A DNA stretch of 64,000 nucleotides from Octopus sinensis (GCF_006345805.1 NC_043015.1:30194001-30258000), one strand, 5' to 3'; positions 38,416 to 52,860 are shown, counted from the stretch's first letter. A program made the numbers and translations. Notes: generated from the sequence alone by a model not told the origin.

Positions 38416-38732
38416 AAATTTGACGTCTTTGATTATGTTTGTCCAGTTGGTGTCTTATGTATTCCATCTTTGCCGTTTTATGTTGGCTTCTCATCTGTTG
38501 TTTCTGCTAGCAATGATGTCCAACAACAACAACAAGAACAGTGATCAGTGAACAGAGGAAACTCTTTGGTTGCTTGTCCTGCTAAACATAGCAGTTAAAA
38601 TCCTCAAAATCATGCCTTACAAATTTAAAACAGGAAGGACATATTGGACAATTTAGTGCTAGATGGATGACTGAGGCTGGAATAATTTGATCATAGGTCC
38701 ACATGTTCAGGGGTGATTTAGAGAGCTAAATA

Positions 38733-38787
<55 letters not shown>

Positions 38788-40751
38788 TACTCTACTACCA
38801 CCACCACTTGATAACCTATGTCATTAATATCTCTTCATTAAATAATGTTACCTCACCCTACTTATAATCCCTAATCTTTATTTTGACCCTAACGTTTACC
38901 ATAAACTCCAGTTTTTACCCTAATTGTTACTCCAACCCTAATCCAAAGCCTTAACCGGACTCTAATACTGACATTTGTACCAATCCCCTTGCTTTGACAT
39001 TTAACCTTATTCTAACCTTGTAATCAATATCAAACTGTACTAAATCAATGAATTCCTACAAAACTTTGTCATCCAAGCATCATAGACACTGAACAATAAA
39101 GGAACCTCTATGAGGTTACACAGCCTGCTGGAGATAACAGCTAAATTTCTCTCAGACTACATCCCCCTATCATAACAACAAGAGGACATTGAATAATGTA
39201 ATCCTAGATCTGGTATGGATAACCTTTTTCAAGAAGCAGGCTGTATGAGTCATGGCTCATCATCAGGTGGGCTATAACACCCCCCCAAAAATTCAATGTA
39301 ATTTCCCTATTGGTGTCCCATTTAGAAAGTAATGCAGGCATCATTTTGCCCATGACTTTCTTTTCTTTTCTTCTTTTATTCGTTTCAGTCATTTTGACTG
39401 TGGCCATGCTGGAGCACCACCTTTAGTCGAGCAAATCGACCCCAGGACTTATTCTATCAATCTCTTATGCCAAACTGCTAAGTTACGGGGACATAAACAC
39501 ACCAGCATCGATGTCAAGCGATGTTGGACACGCACACACACACACAAACATACACACACACACACACACACACGCACACACACACACATATATATATGTA
39601 TACACACGACGGGCTTCTTTCAGTTTCCATCTACCAAATCCACTCACAAGGCTTTGGTCGGCCCGAGGCTATAGTAGAAGACACTTTTTCAAGGTGCTAT
39701 GCAGTGGGACTGAACCCGGAACCATGTGGTTGGTTAGCAAGCTACTTACCGCACAGCCACTCCTGTGCCTGTCTTGGATATATAAAATGATAGAATGGTC
39801 ATGGTTGGAAGTCCTTTGATCATTGGCCTGCTGGATCAAAGCGAGCCAATGAGGTTGAACAACAACAATTCAACAACAACATTAGCAGCAACAGCATCAA
39901 TAAAAACATTGATAGCAACAATAACATCAGCAACATCAAAATAACAGATTACATGCTTTTGTAAACGCTTCCCCCAACAATTGGCCCTGCCCATCTGGAG
40001 CATCCACTATGAAAATGAGAGAGGAAAGGAAAAAGAGGGCAGGGAGAATGTGTATTGGTGACCTCTTGGCCTATAAACATTGACAAAAAAAAAAGTGTTC
40101 ATGGTTGATATGTACTTTTAGAGAGGGTAGGCTCATGTGACATATGGCAAAGGATGAATCACTGACTTCAAGATTGGTTTTACTGATATTTTCTGAGTTG
40201 TACATTGAGACCATGTATTGATATCAAAACTGTTACATTGTGAAAGAGGCATCACAAGCCATTTCAAAATGTAAAAAGCATTTTTTATATTATTATCATC
40301 ATCATCATCGTCATCGTTTAACGTCCGTTTTCCGTGCTAGCATGGGTTGGATGGTTCGACTGGGGTCTGGGAAGCCATGGAAGCTGCACCAGGCTCCAGT
40401 CTGATCTGACAGAGTTTCTATGGCTGGATGCCCTTCCTAACGCCAACCACTCCATGAGTGTAGTGGGTGCTTTTTATGTGCCACCGGCACAGGTGCCAGG
40501 GGGGCCTGGCAAATGGCCACAATCGATTGGTGCTTTTTACGTGCCACCAGCACAGAAGCCAGTCAAGGTGGCGCTGGCATCAGCCACGTTCGGATGGTAC
40601 TTTTTATGTGCTACCGGCACAGAAGCCGGGCAAGGCGGCGCTCGCATCGGCCATGTTCGGATGGTGCTTTTTACGTGCCATTATCTATCCATTTATTTCG
40701 TAACATTTTAAAGAATTTTGCCGGGCGAAATGCTTAGCGGTATTTAGCTTA

Positions 40752-41220
40752 GCCACAGTCAAAATGACTGAAACGAATAAAAGAAAAGAAAGTCATGGGC
40801 AAAATGGTGCCGGCATTACTTTCTAAATGGGACACCTATAGGGAGATTACATTGAATTTTTGGCGGGTGTCATAGCCCAACTGATGATGAGTCATGACTC
40901 ATTCAGCCTGCTTCTTGAAAAAGGTTGTCCATGCCAGATCTAGGGCTTCCCAGACCCCAGTCGAACTGTCCAACTCGTGCTAGCACGGAAAATGGATGTT
41001 AAACGATGACGATGATGATGATGATAATAATATAAAAAATGTTTTTTACATTTTTAAATGGCTTGTGATGCCTCTTTCACAATGTAACAGTTTTGATATC
41101 AATACATGGTCTCAATGTACAAGTCAGAAAATATCAGTAAAACCAATCTTGAAGTCAGTGATTCATCCTTTGCCATATGTCACATTAGCCTGCCCTCTCT
41201 AAAAGTACATGTCAACCATG
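40752..41220 (-). repeat. Composite inverted copy of 39203-39404 and 40100-40376
   Basis: 40752-40944 is the reverse complement of 39203-39404; 40944-41220 is the reverse complement of 40100-40376. Confidence 0.85.
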
Positions 41221-41542
41221 TTCTGAGTTCAAATGGTGCTGCAGGGTTTTCCTTCCTGCCTGCTCTTAATAGTTTTAAAGAGAGAGCCAGTTCACACAAT
41301 CCAATATCACTCTTTAGACTTTAGACAGTGGCTCAGTAGGCTAAGGTGGCTGTTGTGATCAGTAAACTTTGTAAACATGTCCACGGGTGTTAGACAGGTG
41401 GAGTTTGAAAAGTGCTCAGAGTTATTGTTTGTGAGATGGTTAATGATAAAATACTGCTAAGCATTTTGCCCTGCATGCTAACAACAACAATAATAATGAT
41501 GATGAAGATGATTAATGATGATACTAGCAATATATAGTTAGA

Positions 41543-42003
41543 CTAGCTATTTTGACCTGTGCTTTGCTCGGGTTTTGGTGTCTGTGTTGTTTTGTGTGTG
41601 TTGTCTCCTTTTCCCTTTCTTCTTTTGTTCATCTTCTTCGACTGGTTCTTTTTATTGCCCTCTTCTTTACTCCATTTCCAAAATCCCCCGAATTTTTACA
41701 CCCACAATTAAAGATAACCGCTTCTAGCCCCTGCAGCAACACGAAAAGCCACCATTATTCAAACAACGCAACCTGTCTATCCCATAAAACTCAATTTTTT
41801 CCCATATTCCTCACCATGGCAACCAAACGGTAGCCCCGAGCGACTTTCAACCCTCCTCACACCATTGCCCACCCCATTTTAACCCCCAGTGTAAATTTTG
41901 GCGCCAATCCGACCCCATCTACCGCCCCTTAAACCGTTCCCATCCCAAAATGAGACAAATAACCAAGAAATCAAAGGACTTTTTCGCATTTCAGCTTCAT
42001 AGA
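41543..42003 (-). mobile_element. Non-autonomous Helitron (461 bp)
   Basis: Minus strand a|TCtatgaagctg ... acccgagc-aaa-gcacaggt hairpin, caaaatagCTAG|t; inserted between A and T. Confidence 0.7.
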
Positions 42004-42439
42004 TATTGATATGTAAACTGTATTCCCTTGGATGTGTTTTAATGTCTTACATAAAGAGAAACACAAACAATGTTTGTGTGCGTGTAAATGTGTATGAATG
42101 TGTGTGCATGTGTGTGTATGTTTATGTGTCTGAGTTTATGTGTTTGTATGCAAGTGTATGTGTGTGTGTCTATACATGCATGTGTTTGTGTATGTGTTGT
42201 AATTTCATATTAGTTCATTAGCTCAGGGGGGAGGAATTACAACCGTGTTTCCTTTATAGGATCCAGTTAGCTCAAGACATCATCAGGAGGAACCACGTCC
42301 GGTTTCGGCCCCTACTCCTCTACCGTTTTGACATGGCGGGGCCCCACCTTTTCGGAGGTGTCTTCAGCTCTGGTGTTGGGTGCATGTCTTCTTTCTTCTG
42401 TTCCCTGGCCTCTTGTAGTCTTTTACTAGATGTTGTTGT

Positions 42440-43402
42440 CTAACCCTTTCGTTACTGTATTTATTTTGAGATGTTCTGTGTTTCTTTCAATTACTTTAAA
42501 TATAACAAAGAATTTAGTAAAATAACTTAGTTACCATTCAGCTAGTGTTAGGAACATAAATTGTGACTAAAGTTTAGTGGAAGATTTTAATTCAGAACTT
42601 TTGAAACCAAGACATTTGTACTCAGAGCCAGAGCCGGTTTCATGGTAATGAAAGGGTTAAGAATTGTTTCTCTATTATATATTTTAACCCTTTCATTACT
42701 GTATTTATTTTGAAATGCTCTGTGTTTCTTTCAATTACTTTAAAAATAATAAAGAATTTAGTAAAATAACTTAGTTACCATTCAGCTAGTGTTAGGAACA
42801 TAAATTGTGACTAAGGTTTGGTGGAAGATTTTAATTCAGAACTTTTGAAACCAAGACATTTGTACTCAGAGCCAAAGCTGGTTTCATGGTAATGAAAGGG
42901 TTAAGAATTGTTTCTCTATTATATATTTTAACCATTTCATTACTGTATTTATTTTGAAATGCTCTGTGTTTCTTTCAATTACTTTAAAAATAATAAAGAA
43001 TTTAGTAAAATAACTTAGTTACCATTCAGCTAGTGTTAGGAACATAAATTGTGACTAAGGTTTGGTGGAAGATTTTAATTCAGAACTTTTGAAACCAAGA
43101 CATTTGTACTCAGAGCCAAAGCTGGTTTCATGGTAATGAAAGGGTTAAGAATTGTTTCTCTATTATATATTTTAACCCTTTCATTACTGTATTTATTTTG
43201 AAATGCTCTGTGTTTCTTTCAATTACTTTAAAAATAATAAAGAATTTAGTAAAATAACTTAGTTATCATTCAGCTAGTGTTAGGAACATAAACTGTGACT
43301 AAAGTTTGGTGGGAGATTTTAATTTCAGAACTTCTTTTGAAACCAAGACATTTGTACTCAGAGCCAGGGCTAGTTTCAGCCAGGTTGGTAACGAAAGGGT
43401 TT
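42440..43402. mobile_element. Tandem array of four piggyBac-type MITEs, period 244 bp
   Basis: (T)TAA-CCCTTTC..TTAC ... GTAA(T/C)GAAAGGG-TTAA units ending at 42660, 42904, 43148 and ~43402, joined by the same 23-bp spacer. Confidence 0.85.
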
Positions 43403-43880
43403 ATCTTGTCCCAGCTTGATCAATCATCCATAATATGAAGATATCTGAGACTATACTTCCAATATACTGGATTTTTTAGCCGATAGGATGTGAGCTGAAG
43501 TGAAATTTGCTGCAGTTTCTAGCAAATTGCACGACCATTTAAGAGATCTTCCCTTTGGTTCATTCTTTCACAGCAGGGGATATATATAAGAATATGTCAC
43601 CATCAGAGTTAAAGGGAAATACCTCAGGAAAACATTCAACATACTAAACATATTCATACAATAGCGTCTCAATTACATCATCCTCTTGGACTGCCTGACA
43701 CTTCCTTTATCGACCCCACTCACATATTAACGGCAATGTTGGGCATATGTGTGTGTGTGGCAGTGGATGTATGTGGCTGTATGTGTGTTTGTGTGTGTCA
43801 GTGTGTATATTGGCTGTGTGTGAGTATGTGTGTGTACAGCTGTGTATGTGTGTTTCAGTCTGTATGTGGCTGTGTGTGTA

Positions 43881-43934
<54 letters not shown>

Positions 43935-44132
43935 ATATATATATATATATATTCCGGTTCTTGACTGATGATTGAAGGCTTCGAATGTCCCGTCCGTGTT
44001 TTTTGTGTCATCTTCTAAATGTTTCACGTTCTTGTCCCAGTTTGTATTTTTTTACTTTTACATATATATATGTATATATATACTATAATATTATATATAA
44101 TTATATTATATATATATATATATATAATATAT

Positions 44133-44185
<53 letters not shown>

Positions 44186-44769
44186 ATATATATATATATA
44201 TTATATATATATATATATACACACACACACATATATATATGTGTGTGTGTGCACGTGTGTCAGTCTGTATGTATGTGTGTGTATGTGTCAGTGTGTATAT
44301 GGATGTGTCTGTGTGTATATGACTGTGTAAATGTATCTCTGTGCATGTGTAAACATGTCAGTGTTCTTTTGTGTGTGTTTATATATACATGTGTATATGT
44401 GTGTGTGTAATATATAGTGTGTGTGTGTGTGTGTGGTTATGTGTGTGTGTGTGAGTGTGTGTGTGTGTAGCTGTGTGTGTGTGGTATGTTGTTTTGTTTT
44501 GAAAATTTTTATTTATTAATTCATTAATTAAGAAGTTTGTTATAATTAGCCGATGTTCTTATTTAATCTGACTCCTAGTCATGTGCCTCTCTATAAACTG
44601 TAACACTACACTCACTGTCCAACCTACTTGGGAACTCAAACTTAAAACTTCTCCCTCTCTCTCTCATTCTCTCTCTCTCATTCTGTCTCACTCTTTCTCT
44701 CTCTCTTCCTCTCCCTCTCTTTCACTCTCTCTCTTCCTCTCTCTCTCTCCTTGACTCTTCTCTTTTTTT

Positions 44770-45780
44770 ACTAGTATTGCTGTCACCACCACCAATACCA
44801 CCACCACCACCACCACCAATACCAACACCATTACAGCCACTACCATCACCACCACCACAATAACAATCACCACCCTCACCATGCCCACCACCTTCACCAT
44901 CATCTTTATTCTCACCGCCACCACCACCACAGTCCCCACCACTTCCATCATCCTCACCACCTTCACCACCATCATCATCCACATCATTATCATCAGCCCC
45001 CAACAACACCACCACCACCACACCAATGAGGGAGCATCTATATGATAGTTAGACCTACTAGAAATAGTAGCCAAAATCTCCCTCAAATCACACTGTTAGG
45101 TAGATAACAAAGTCCTAGATTCCTGAAAAAATGACAGAATGGTCACAACTGGAATGTCTTTGATCATAGGTTTGCATTTACTCAATCAGGGCTGACCTGG
45201 GGTTAAACAATAATAGCAATGATATCAGCATCACTTCTATCACCACTACCATCACCACCACCACCACCACCACCACCACCACCACCACCACCACCGTCAA
45301 TTCAATACCATCGCTGCCATCCATCATCACCATTCTTACCACTACCAGCACTATCACCACCACAATCAATACCATCACCATCATCCACCGTCTCTGTCAG
45401 CCAACATCACCACTACCATCACCATCACCACCACCATCAACTCAATGCCACCACTGCCATCCATCGTCACCATTCTTACCACAACCATCCTAATCACCAC
45501 TACCAGCACTATCACCATAACCACCACCACAATCAATACCATCACCATCACCATCACTGCCATCCACCATCTCTGTCATCCACCATCACCACCACCAACA
45601 CCACCATCAACATCACCATTATCACCATCACCATCAACATCGTAACCATCATCACTACCATCCACCATCAACACCTTCCGTATTACCATGATGGTCACCA
45701 ACACGATGATCATCATCTTCATCAGCACAATCACCATCCCAAAAGTATCGGCATCACCACCACCACCATACAAGCAACAA
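44770..45780. repeat. CAC/CAT-rich low-complexity blocks with an internal SINE-like fragment (~45025-45210)
   Basis: Read directly; internal ~90-bp duplication around 45290-45570. Confidence 0.85.
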
Positions 45781-46721
45781 GGAAACACCCAATCCAAATT
45801 TCCTCTTCCTCTTTCTCCTCTTCTCTCTCTCTCTCCCTTCAGTAGTTCCCTCTTTCTTCTCCTTTAACACCTCCACCCCCTTCATAGTCACGCTCTCCTC
45901 CGCCGCCTTCTTAATTGTTTTCATGTGACTGCACTTCTGTTTTTTTGTTGTTCATGTTATTGTTGTTGTTCTTGTTTATGTGTCACTCTTAATTTCATTA
46001 GTTTGTTTTATAACTTTTTTTTATTGTTATTTTTACTATTAGTACCACTCCTCTTCCCTCTGTCCAGCCAACCAAGCTGTATGATTTAGTACGATTTAGT
46101 ACCGGATTATTAGTAATATTATTTGATATTAAAGTTCAAAAAAGGGGTTTGTTTTTGTTTTTTTTTTCCATTTTTGTCTATTCTGAAGAAATTGGTAAAT
46201 CTTGGCAGTAAGCGTTCAGTTGATATTGATATTCCTCTTGCATCACACAGGGAGGAATTCATCATTCTTGAAGTTCTTTGTTAAAACCACTACCACTACC
46301 ACTACCACCATCACTACCACTACATCACCACCACCACCAGCTTCACTAGTACCAAGAGCAAGGACCAAGTACATATCTTTCAACAGGATTTACATATACC
46401 CCCTGCTGACAGTAAAAAGTATATACATACACACACACATACACGTGTGTGTATATATATATACATACATACATTATATATATATAATATATATAAATAA
46501 ATTAATATATAATAATATATATATATTATATATATATATATATTATATATATATATAATAATCTTAAGACCCACAGAGGTCATTCATTATTAGAACTTCT
46601 GAGCCAAATATCTTTGCCTGTAAAGTATAACAAAAAGGTAATCTTTCATTTATTTTGTACGTTTTATTATGTAAGAAATTATTATTATTATTATTATATA
46701 TTATTATTATTACTATTATTA

Positions 46722-46775
<54 letters not shown>

Positions 46776-46777
<2 letters not shown>

Positions 46778-48490
46778 TAGTCTTATTTTTATCACGTGCT
46801 TTCACTGTACTACCGAGCGCAGCTCTGTGTGCATTGGGTATGTGCTGTGGTCTGTTGTGGTTCTCTTGTTTTCAGCGTATTGAAAGTGTTTTACATAGGT
46901 TGTGTGGCGGTACCTAGTAGTGCTATTTTCTCTATGTTATATATACTAGCAAATCCTGGTGTTTTTCTTATGCATTTGTCTGAAAGTTTTTTTTTTTTTA
47001 TCATACCTAATTCGCCTACTTTGATAGGAATTGTTTCTGGTTTTAAGCTCCAGATTCAAGTTACCTTTGTTACCAGATCTTTGTATTTTGAAAGTTTCTG
47101 TTTCTTTTAGAGAAACATTGACATCTGTTGGTATTGATACGTCAATTAGAAAACATTTTTTTCTTGGTGATCTCTGACAACTATATCTGGCCTATAGGCC
47201 TTAATTTCTCTATCTGTGCGTATTGGCATATCCCAGAGTATGGTTGCTTTCTCATTTTCTGTGACCTTTTCTGGCATGTTCCTATACCATCTTTGTTTTC
47301 TGTTGTTATTCCATAGTGCTGGCATAGCTTCCAGTATATATATATAGGTCTCATCTCTGTCGTGTCTGAATATATTCCTGCTTAGCCAGGACTGGACAGC
47401 CAGAGACAATATCATTGATTTATTGTTTCCTTTCCATTCCCACATATTCTGCAGTTACTTGTTATGTTTCTTTTCATTATATGTTTTTGGTAATTTCTGT
47501 TGGGAAGGCTTTGATCATGTACTGCAATTAAAAATCCTTCAGTCTCTGCTTTGAGTCCTGAGCTTCGCAGCCATTGTCGGGATTTTGCTTTGTCTATTTC
47601 TTTTCTGTTTAGCTTAACCCAATATTTGCCATGAAGGGGCTTTTTTTTGCCATTGTTTTATCATGATCCATTGCTGTTCCAGTTTTAATTTGGGTTTCAG
47701 TTGTTCTACAGGTTTTGTTGTTTCTTCTTTTACTTCATAGTTGTTAGGTACTATGACTTCTTTTTCGCATTTACTTCAGCTTCCTTAAAGACTGAAAACA
47801 GTTTTTTGTTTTGTTCATGTTTCGTGACTATTTGTATTTGTTTTCCTTGCTTCTGAAGAAAGTATTTCTGTAGTCCTATGGTGGTTAATTTGTAATAGTT
47901 TTCTAGCTGTATAAAGCCTCTACCATTTTCAATACATTGTATATATAGTCTTTCTATGTAAGATTTTGGGTGGTGTATCCTAAATCTTGTCATTATTTTT
48001 CCTGTTTTCCTGTCTATTTTGATTAGTTCATTTAAGAATATTGTAGTTGTAACTTATAACTGGGACGGCTAGAATGTTGGTACCTATTATTTTGTTTTTC
48101 ACATTGAGCTCTGTTTTCAGTATTAATCTAATTCGTCTATTGTATTCCTTTTTTATCTTCTCTTTCATTTGTGTGTATTGTTTCATATCTAGTTCAATGA
48201 TTCCTAAGTATTTGTATGTCTGACTTTGGTCTAATTCTCTGATTTCATTTGCTTTATCTAGTGTGATGTTGCTACTCTTAACTAGTTTTCCTCTTTTCAA
48301 GGTTGCTTTGACACATTTTTCTAAGCCAAATTTCATGTTTATTTCTTTGGTAAATCCATGTAGTGTTTGCAGTAATGTTTCCAGCTGTTTATCATTTGTA
48401 GCGTACTGTTTTAGATCATCCATACACAAGAAATGACTGATTGTTTAGTCATAACAGTTGTATCCGCATCCAGTTCTATTTAGCCTGTCG
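46776..48490 (-). mobile_element. R4/Dong-clade LINE, 5'-truncated, frameshifted RT and RLE domains, 3' end abutting (TAA)n
   Basis: ISHFLCMDDLKQYA...MKFGLEKC...YKYLG; HPKSYIERLY...GRG..QLE; ILWDMPIRTDREIKAYRPDIVV; KIALLGTA; (TAA)n tract at ~46672-46773. Confidence 0.9.
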
Positions 48491-48620
48491 TTATTATTTT
48501 CATATACACTCAACAGACTAGACTGTTGGAAAAGAAAAAATCCTAACATCGGGCTATGACAAGTAGCCTTAGATGCCAAGAATCCTCCTAAGTATCCTAG
48601 CTGTCCCTAATAACACATAT
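48491..48620 (-). mobile_element. 3' tip of a second R4/Dong-like LINE family
   Basis: VLLGTARILRRILGI* plus a different 3' UTR ending aaaataataa. Confidence 0.75.
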
Positions 48621-49665
48621 TCTTTTACTTGTTTCAGTCATTTGACTGCGGCCATGCTGGAGCACCGCCTTTAATCGAGCAACTCGACCCCCGGGACTTA
48701 TTCTTTTGTAAGCCCAGTACTTATTCTATCGGTCTCTTTTGCCGAACCGCTAAGTGACGGGGACATAAACACACCAGCATCGGTTGTCAAGCAATGCTAG
48801 GGGACAAACACAGACACACAAACACACACACGCATATATATATATACATATATACGACGGGCTTCTTTCAGTTTCCGTCTACCAAATCCACTCACAAGGC
48901 TTTGGTCGGCCCGAGGCTATAGTAGAAGACACTTGCCCAAGGAGCCACGCAGTGGGACTGAACCCGGAACCATGTGGTTGGTAGACAAGCTACTTACCAC
49001 ACAGCCACTCCTGCGCCATCACCGACAATAGCAACTGAAAGCCTCCAAACAATAACAAAGCAAAAAGATAATGACCCTCAAGACTTAACCCTCCCCACCT
49101 GAGACCAATCAAGTATGTCATTTGGTGAAGGAAGAAAGCAAAAGTAACAAATAAAAGGAAAAGGGAAAAATACATAGCAACAAAAAAGGGCTGGTGGGTT
49201 CACAGTGGTGGAAGAAACACCTCTCAACAAGAAGAATCAGATGTATCAAGCAAGAGAGAAGACTTTGTTGGTTTGGGCATATGATGTGTATGGTGTGAGG
49301 CGGGGGTACAGCTGTATATGGAAATGTTGTTGGCTCAGAACAGATGAAATCTGTAGAGGAAAATTTGGGACCAAGCAGTAAAAACAGATATGGAGTTATA
49401 TAGCAAAGGACCACACTCATTGGTTGTTATGTCTAGCAGGTTGGCCAACCATGTTGAGGCTGCCTTGCTGGTTGTGGAGTGTCGTGGTTGGATGTTTACA
49501 TTGCCAGGAATTATTTTTCCTTTGTCAGCCCCCATAGCCTTTATAATTATATTTAGAAGATTACACATACACACATCTCTCTTTCTCTCTCTCTCTCTCT
49601 ATTTATCCATCTATCTATCTATCTATCTATCTGTTTATTCATCTATCTATCTATCTATCTATCTG

Positions 49666-49716
<51 letters not shown>

Positions 49717-49735
49717 CTCTCTCTTTCTCTATCTA

Positions 49736-49784
<49 letters not shown>

Positions 49785-50825
49785 ATCTATCTATCTATTT
49801 ATCTATCTATCTATCAATTTACTCTTGTCTCTGACTGTTTATATTTAGATAATTTCTCAATCACTTTGATATGTTTCTGTTTGTGGGACATGACATATCA
49901 ATTAAACTACATGTTTTCTTTCTCAGCTATTTTGCGACTGTCTGTCCTGCTTGCCAATACCATCACATCAATACACCATGCTACCATGTCCTACACTGTT
50001 GAAACAGTTTCTCTCATTGATATTCATTATCAGCATCACTACATATTTTCTTCTATTTCTATATATATATTTCTTTACTACCCACAAGGGGCTAAACATA
50101 GAAGGGACAAACAAGGACAGACAAACGGATTAAGTCGATTACATCGATCCTAGTATACAACTGGTACTTTATTTATCGACCCCGAAAGGATGAAAGGCAA
50201 AGTCGACCTCGGCGGAATTTGAACTCAGAACGTAACGACAAACGAAATACCGCGAAGCATTTCGCCCGGCACGCTAACGTTTCTGCCAGCTCGCCACCTG
50301 TTTCTATATATACTGCCAGCTCGCCTATTTCTATATATACTTGATCACTTCTAAGTCCTGCCTATCTTCGGTGAACATTTTACACATGTCATCATGTGGC
50401 TGGGAAAACTTGCCTGGAACAATGCAACCCTTCCATGCCAGACATCCTGATCCAGCAAAAGGTCGGGTGTTGGACATTGGAATCTAGGTGCTGTTCTTTA
50501 TGGAGAGAATGCTAAAAATAGAATATGGGTATAAAACAATGGGAAACTATAGGTGATCCAACAGAGCTCTCAAATCCACTCACCTGTTGATGTGCCACTA
50601 CACAGCTATTGCTGGATCCGACTTATATAGTATTTATATTATAGGTGCTGGAGTGGCTGTACAGTAAGTAGCTTGCATTCTAGCCACATGGCTCCAGGTT
50701 CAGTCCCACCACATGGCACCTTGGGTAAGTGTCTTCTACTATAGCCTTGAGCCAGCCAAAGCCTTGCGAGTGAATTTGGTAGACAGAAACTGAAAGAAGC
50801 CTGCCGTGTATATATATATATATAT

Positions 50826-51000
50826 AACGGGAAGGTTTACGAAAATAAACAAAAAACGAAGGCAGGTGGAGTACAAACAAACAAATGTATTAGTATGGCG
50901 CTCAGGAATAGAAAGAGAACAAGTCTTTTACGTTTCGAGCCTACGCTCTTCTACAGAAAGGGACACAGAAAAAACAAGGAGAGAAAAAAATGCACATACA
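50826..51000 (-). mobile_element. Single copy of the 27-kb hammerhead-like repeat unit
   Basis: Same motif at 50925-50960 (-); placed after the (TA)n of a SINE B head. Confidence 0.7.
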
Positions 51001-51035
51001 CACACACATAGATATATATACATATATAGATATAC

Positions 51036-51066
<31 letters not shown>

Positions 51067-51688
51067 CGTTTAAATATTTGTTGTGCAAGATTTTTTATGT
51101 GAAGTCGTGTGTTGAAACAGATATTGTTATATTTCGGAATGGTCATATTGCCAGTTTAGCCAATAAAAACACACGCACTATATATTTGGTGTTATTTTGC
51201 TTCAGTGATATTTATTTTTTACATTAATCTTAATCTTATTTCGGCCAGAGTTCTTTCATCACACTCCTGTGACCGCATCAGTGGTCCTTTGTTTTCTTCT
51301 TTCGTATTTGTGTCTCTCCTTACTAACCGTCAGCCATTTTGTATTAACATTTTGTAACTTAGCGGTTTGGTAAAAGAGACTGATAGAATAAGTACTGGCG
51401 GAGGGGGGGGGGCGATTCATTCCACCAAAAATTCAAGGTGTTGCCCCAGCATGACTGTAGTTTAATGACTGAAACAGGTAAAAGATAAAAAGATAATAAC
51501 ATGTATAATATGTAACACACTCAGCAATTAACAGCTGTTGCTAATGAATAGAAACAATTGTAGTTTGGATTAAAGCCTGTTCATTCCAACATCTTATATT
51601 TTGAATTCGTTTGTATGAATTCTGTATACACTAATGGGTTTCCACATGTATATCCAGTAAAAGGAGTATTCCTGCTGTATGATAGCAT

Positions 51689-52860
51689 ATGGTAGCCGAT
51701 GATTGCTGAGGAGCTTTAACATGCATGTTATAAGGTTATTATCCAAATGATATTAACGCATAAAGTGAAATGAGCCATGATTGTGGCCGTCAGGCACAGG
51801 TCAACAGGTTACAATCGTGGCCCAGATAGGTGCATTTAGTTTATGGGCGTTTATTTGGATCTAATGTTACTCAAACGCTCTGATATACCCCCCAAAATGC
51901 AAAAGGACTAATAGTTCAACTAATGACTTTTCAGATGATGCAAAACTTGCCACTATTATATACTCTTTACTCTTTTACTCTTTTACTTGTTTCAGTCATT
52001 TGACTGTGGCCATGCTGGAGCACCGCCTTTAGTCAAGCAAATCGACCCTGGGACTTATTCTTTGTAAGCCCAGTACTTATTCTATCAGTCTCTTTTTGCC
52101 GAACCGCTAAGTGACGGGGACGTAAACACACCAGCATCGGTTGTCAAGCAATGCTAGGGGGACAAACACAAACACACAAACATATACACAAACATACATA
52201 TATATATACATATATACGACAGGCTTCTTTCAGTTTCCGTCTACCAAATCCACTCACAAGGCATTGGTCGGCCCGGGGCTATAGCAGAAGACACTTGCCC
52301 AAGATGCCACGCAGTGGGACAGAACCTGGAACCATGTGGCTGGTTAGCAAGCTACTCACCACACAGCCACTCCTGCGCCTATGGTAGCTGATAATTGTTG
52401 AGGAGCTTTAACATGCATGTTATAAGGTTATTATCCAAATGATATTAACACATAAAGTGCAATGAGCCATGATTGTGACCATCAGGCACAGGTCAACAGG
52501 TTACGATCGTGGCCCAGATAGGTGCATTCAGTTTATGGGCGTTTATTTGGATCTAATGTCACTCAAACACTCTGAATACCCCCCAAAATGCAAAAGGACT
52601 AATAGTTCAACTAATGACTTTTCACATGAAGTAAAACTTGCCACTATTTTATACTCTTTACTCTTTTACTTGTTTCAGTCATTTGACTGCGGCCATGCTG
52701 GAGCACCGCCTTTAGTCGAGCAAATCGACCCCGGGACTTATTCTTTGTAACCCCAGTACTTATTCTATCAGTCTCTTTTGCCGAACCGCTAAGTGACGGG
52801 GACGTAAACACACCAGCATCGGTTGTCAAGCAATGCTAGGGAACAAACACAGACACACAA

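Noticed and set aside
37364-38551. 395-aa ORF and the other long His/Thr, Tyr/Ile, Val/Cys, poly-Met or poly-Asp ORFs
   Set aside because: Read-throughs of CA, TA, TG, ATC and CTT microsatellites with no domain content.
39255-39285. CTGATGA followed by a tgag..ctca hairpin (also ~40880)
   Set aside because: No correctly placed GAAA, stem III or stem I; not a hammerhead.
42230-42400. Cluster of CTGATGA/CTGAAGA/GAAA motifs on the minus strand
   Set aside because: Could not assemble consistent stems I-III by hand.
42440-43402. CRISPR-like repeat-spacer array
   Set aside because: The spacers are identical, the units are TTAA-CCC..GGG-TTAA MITEs, and the DNA is eukaryotic.
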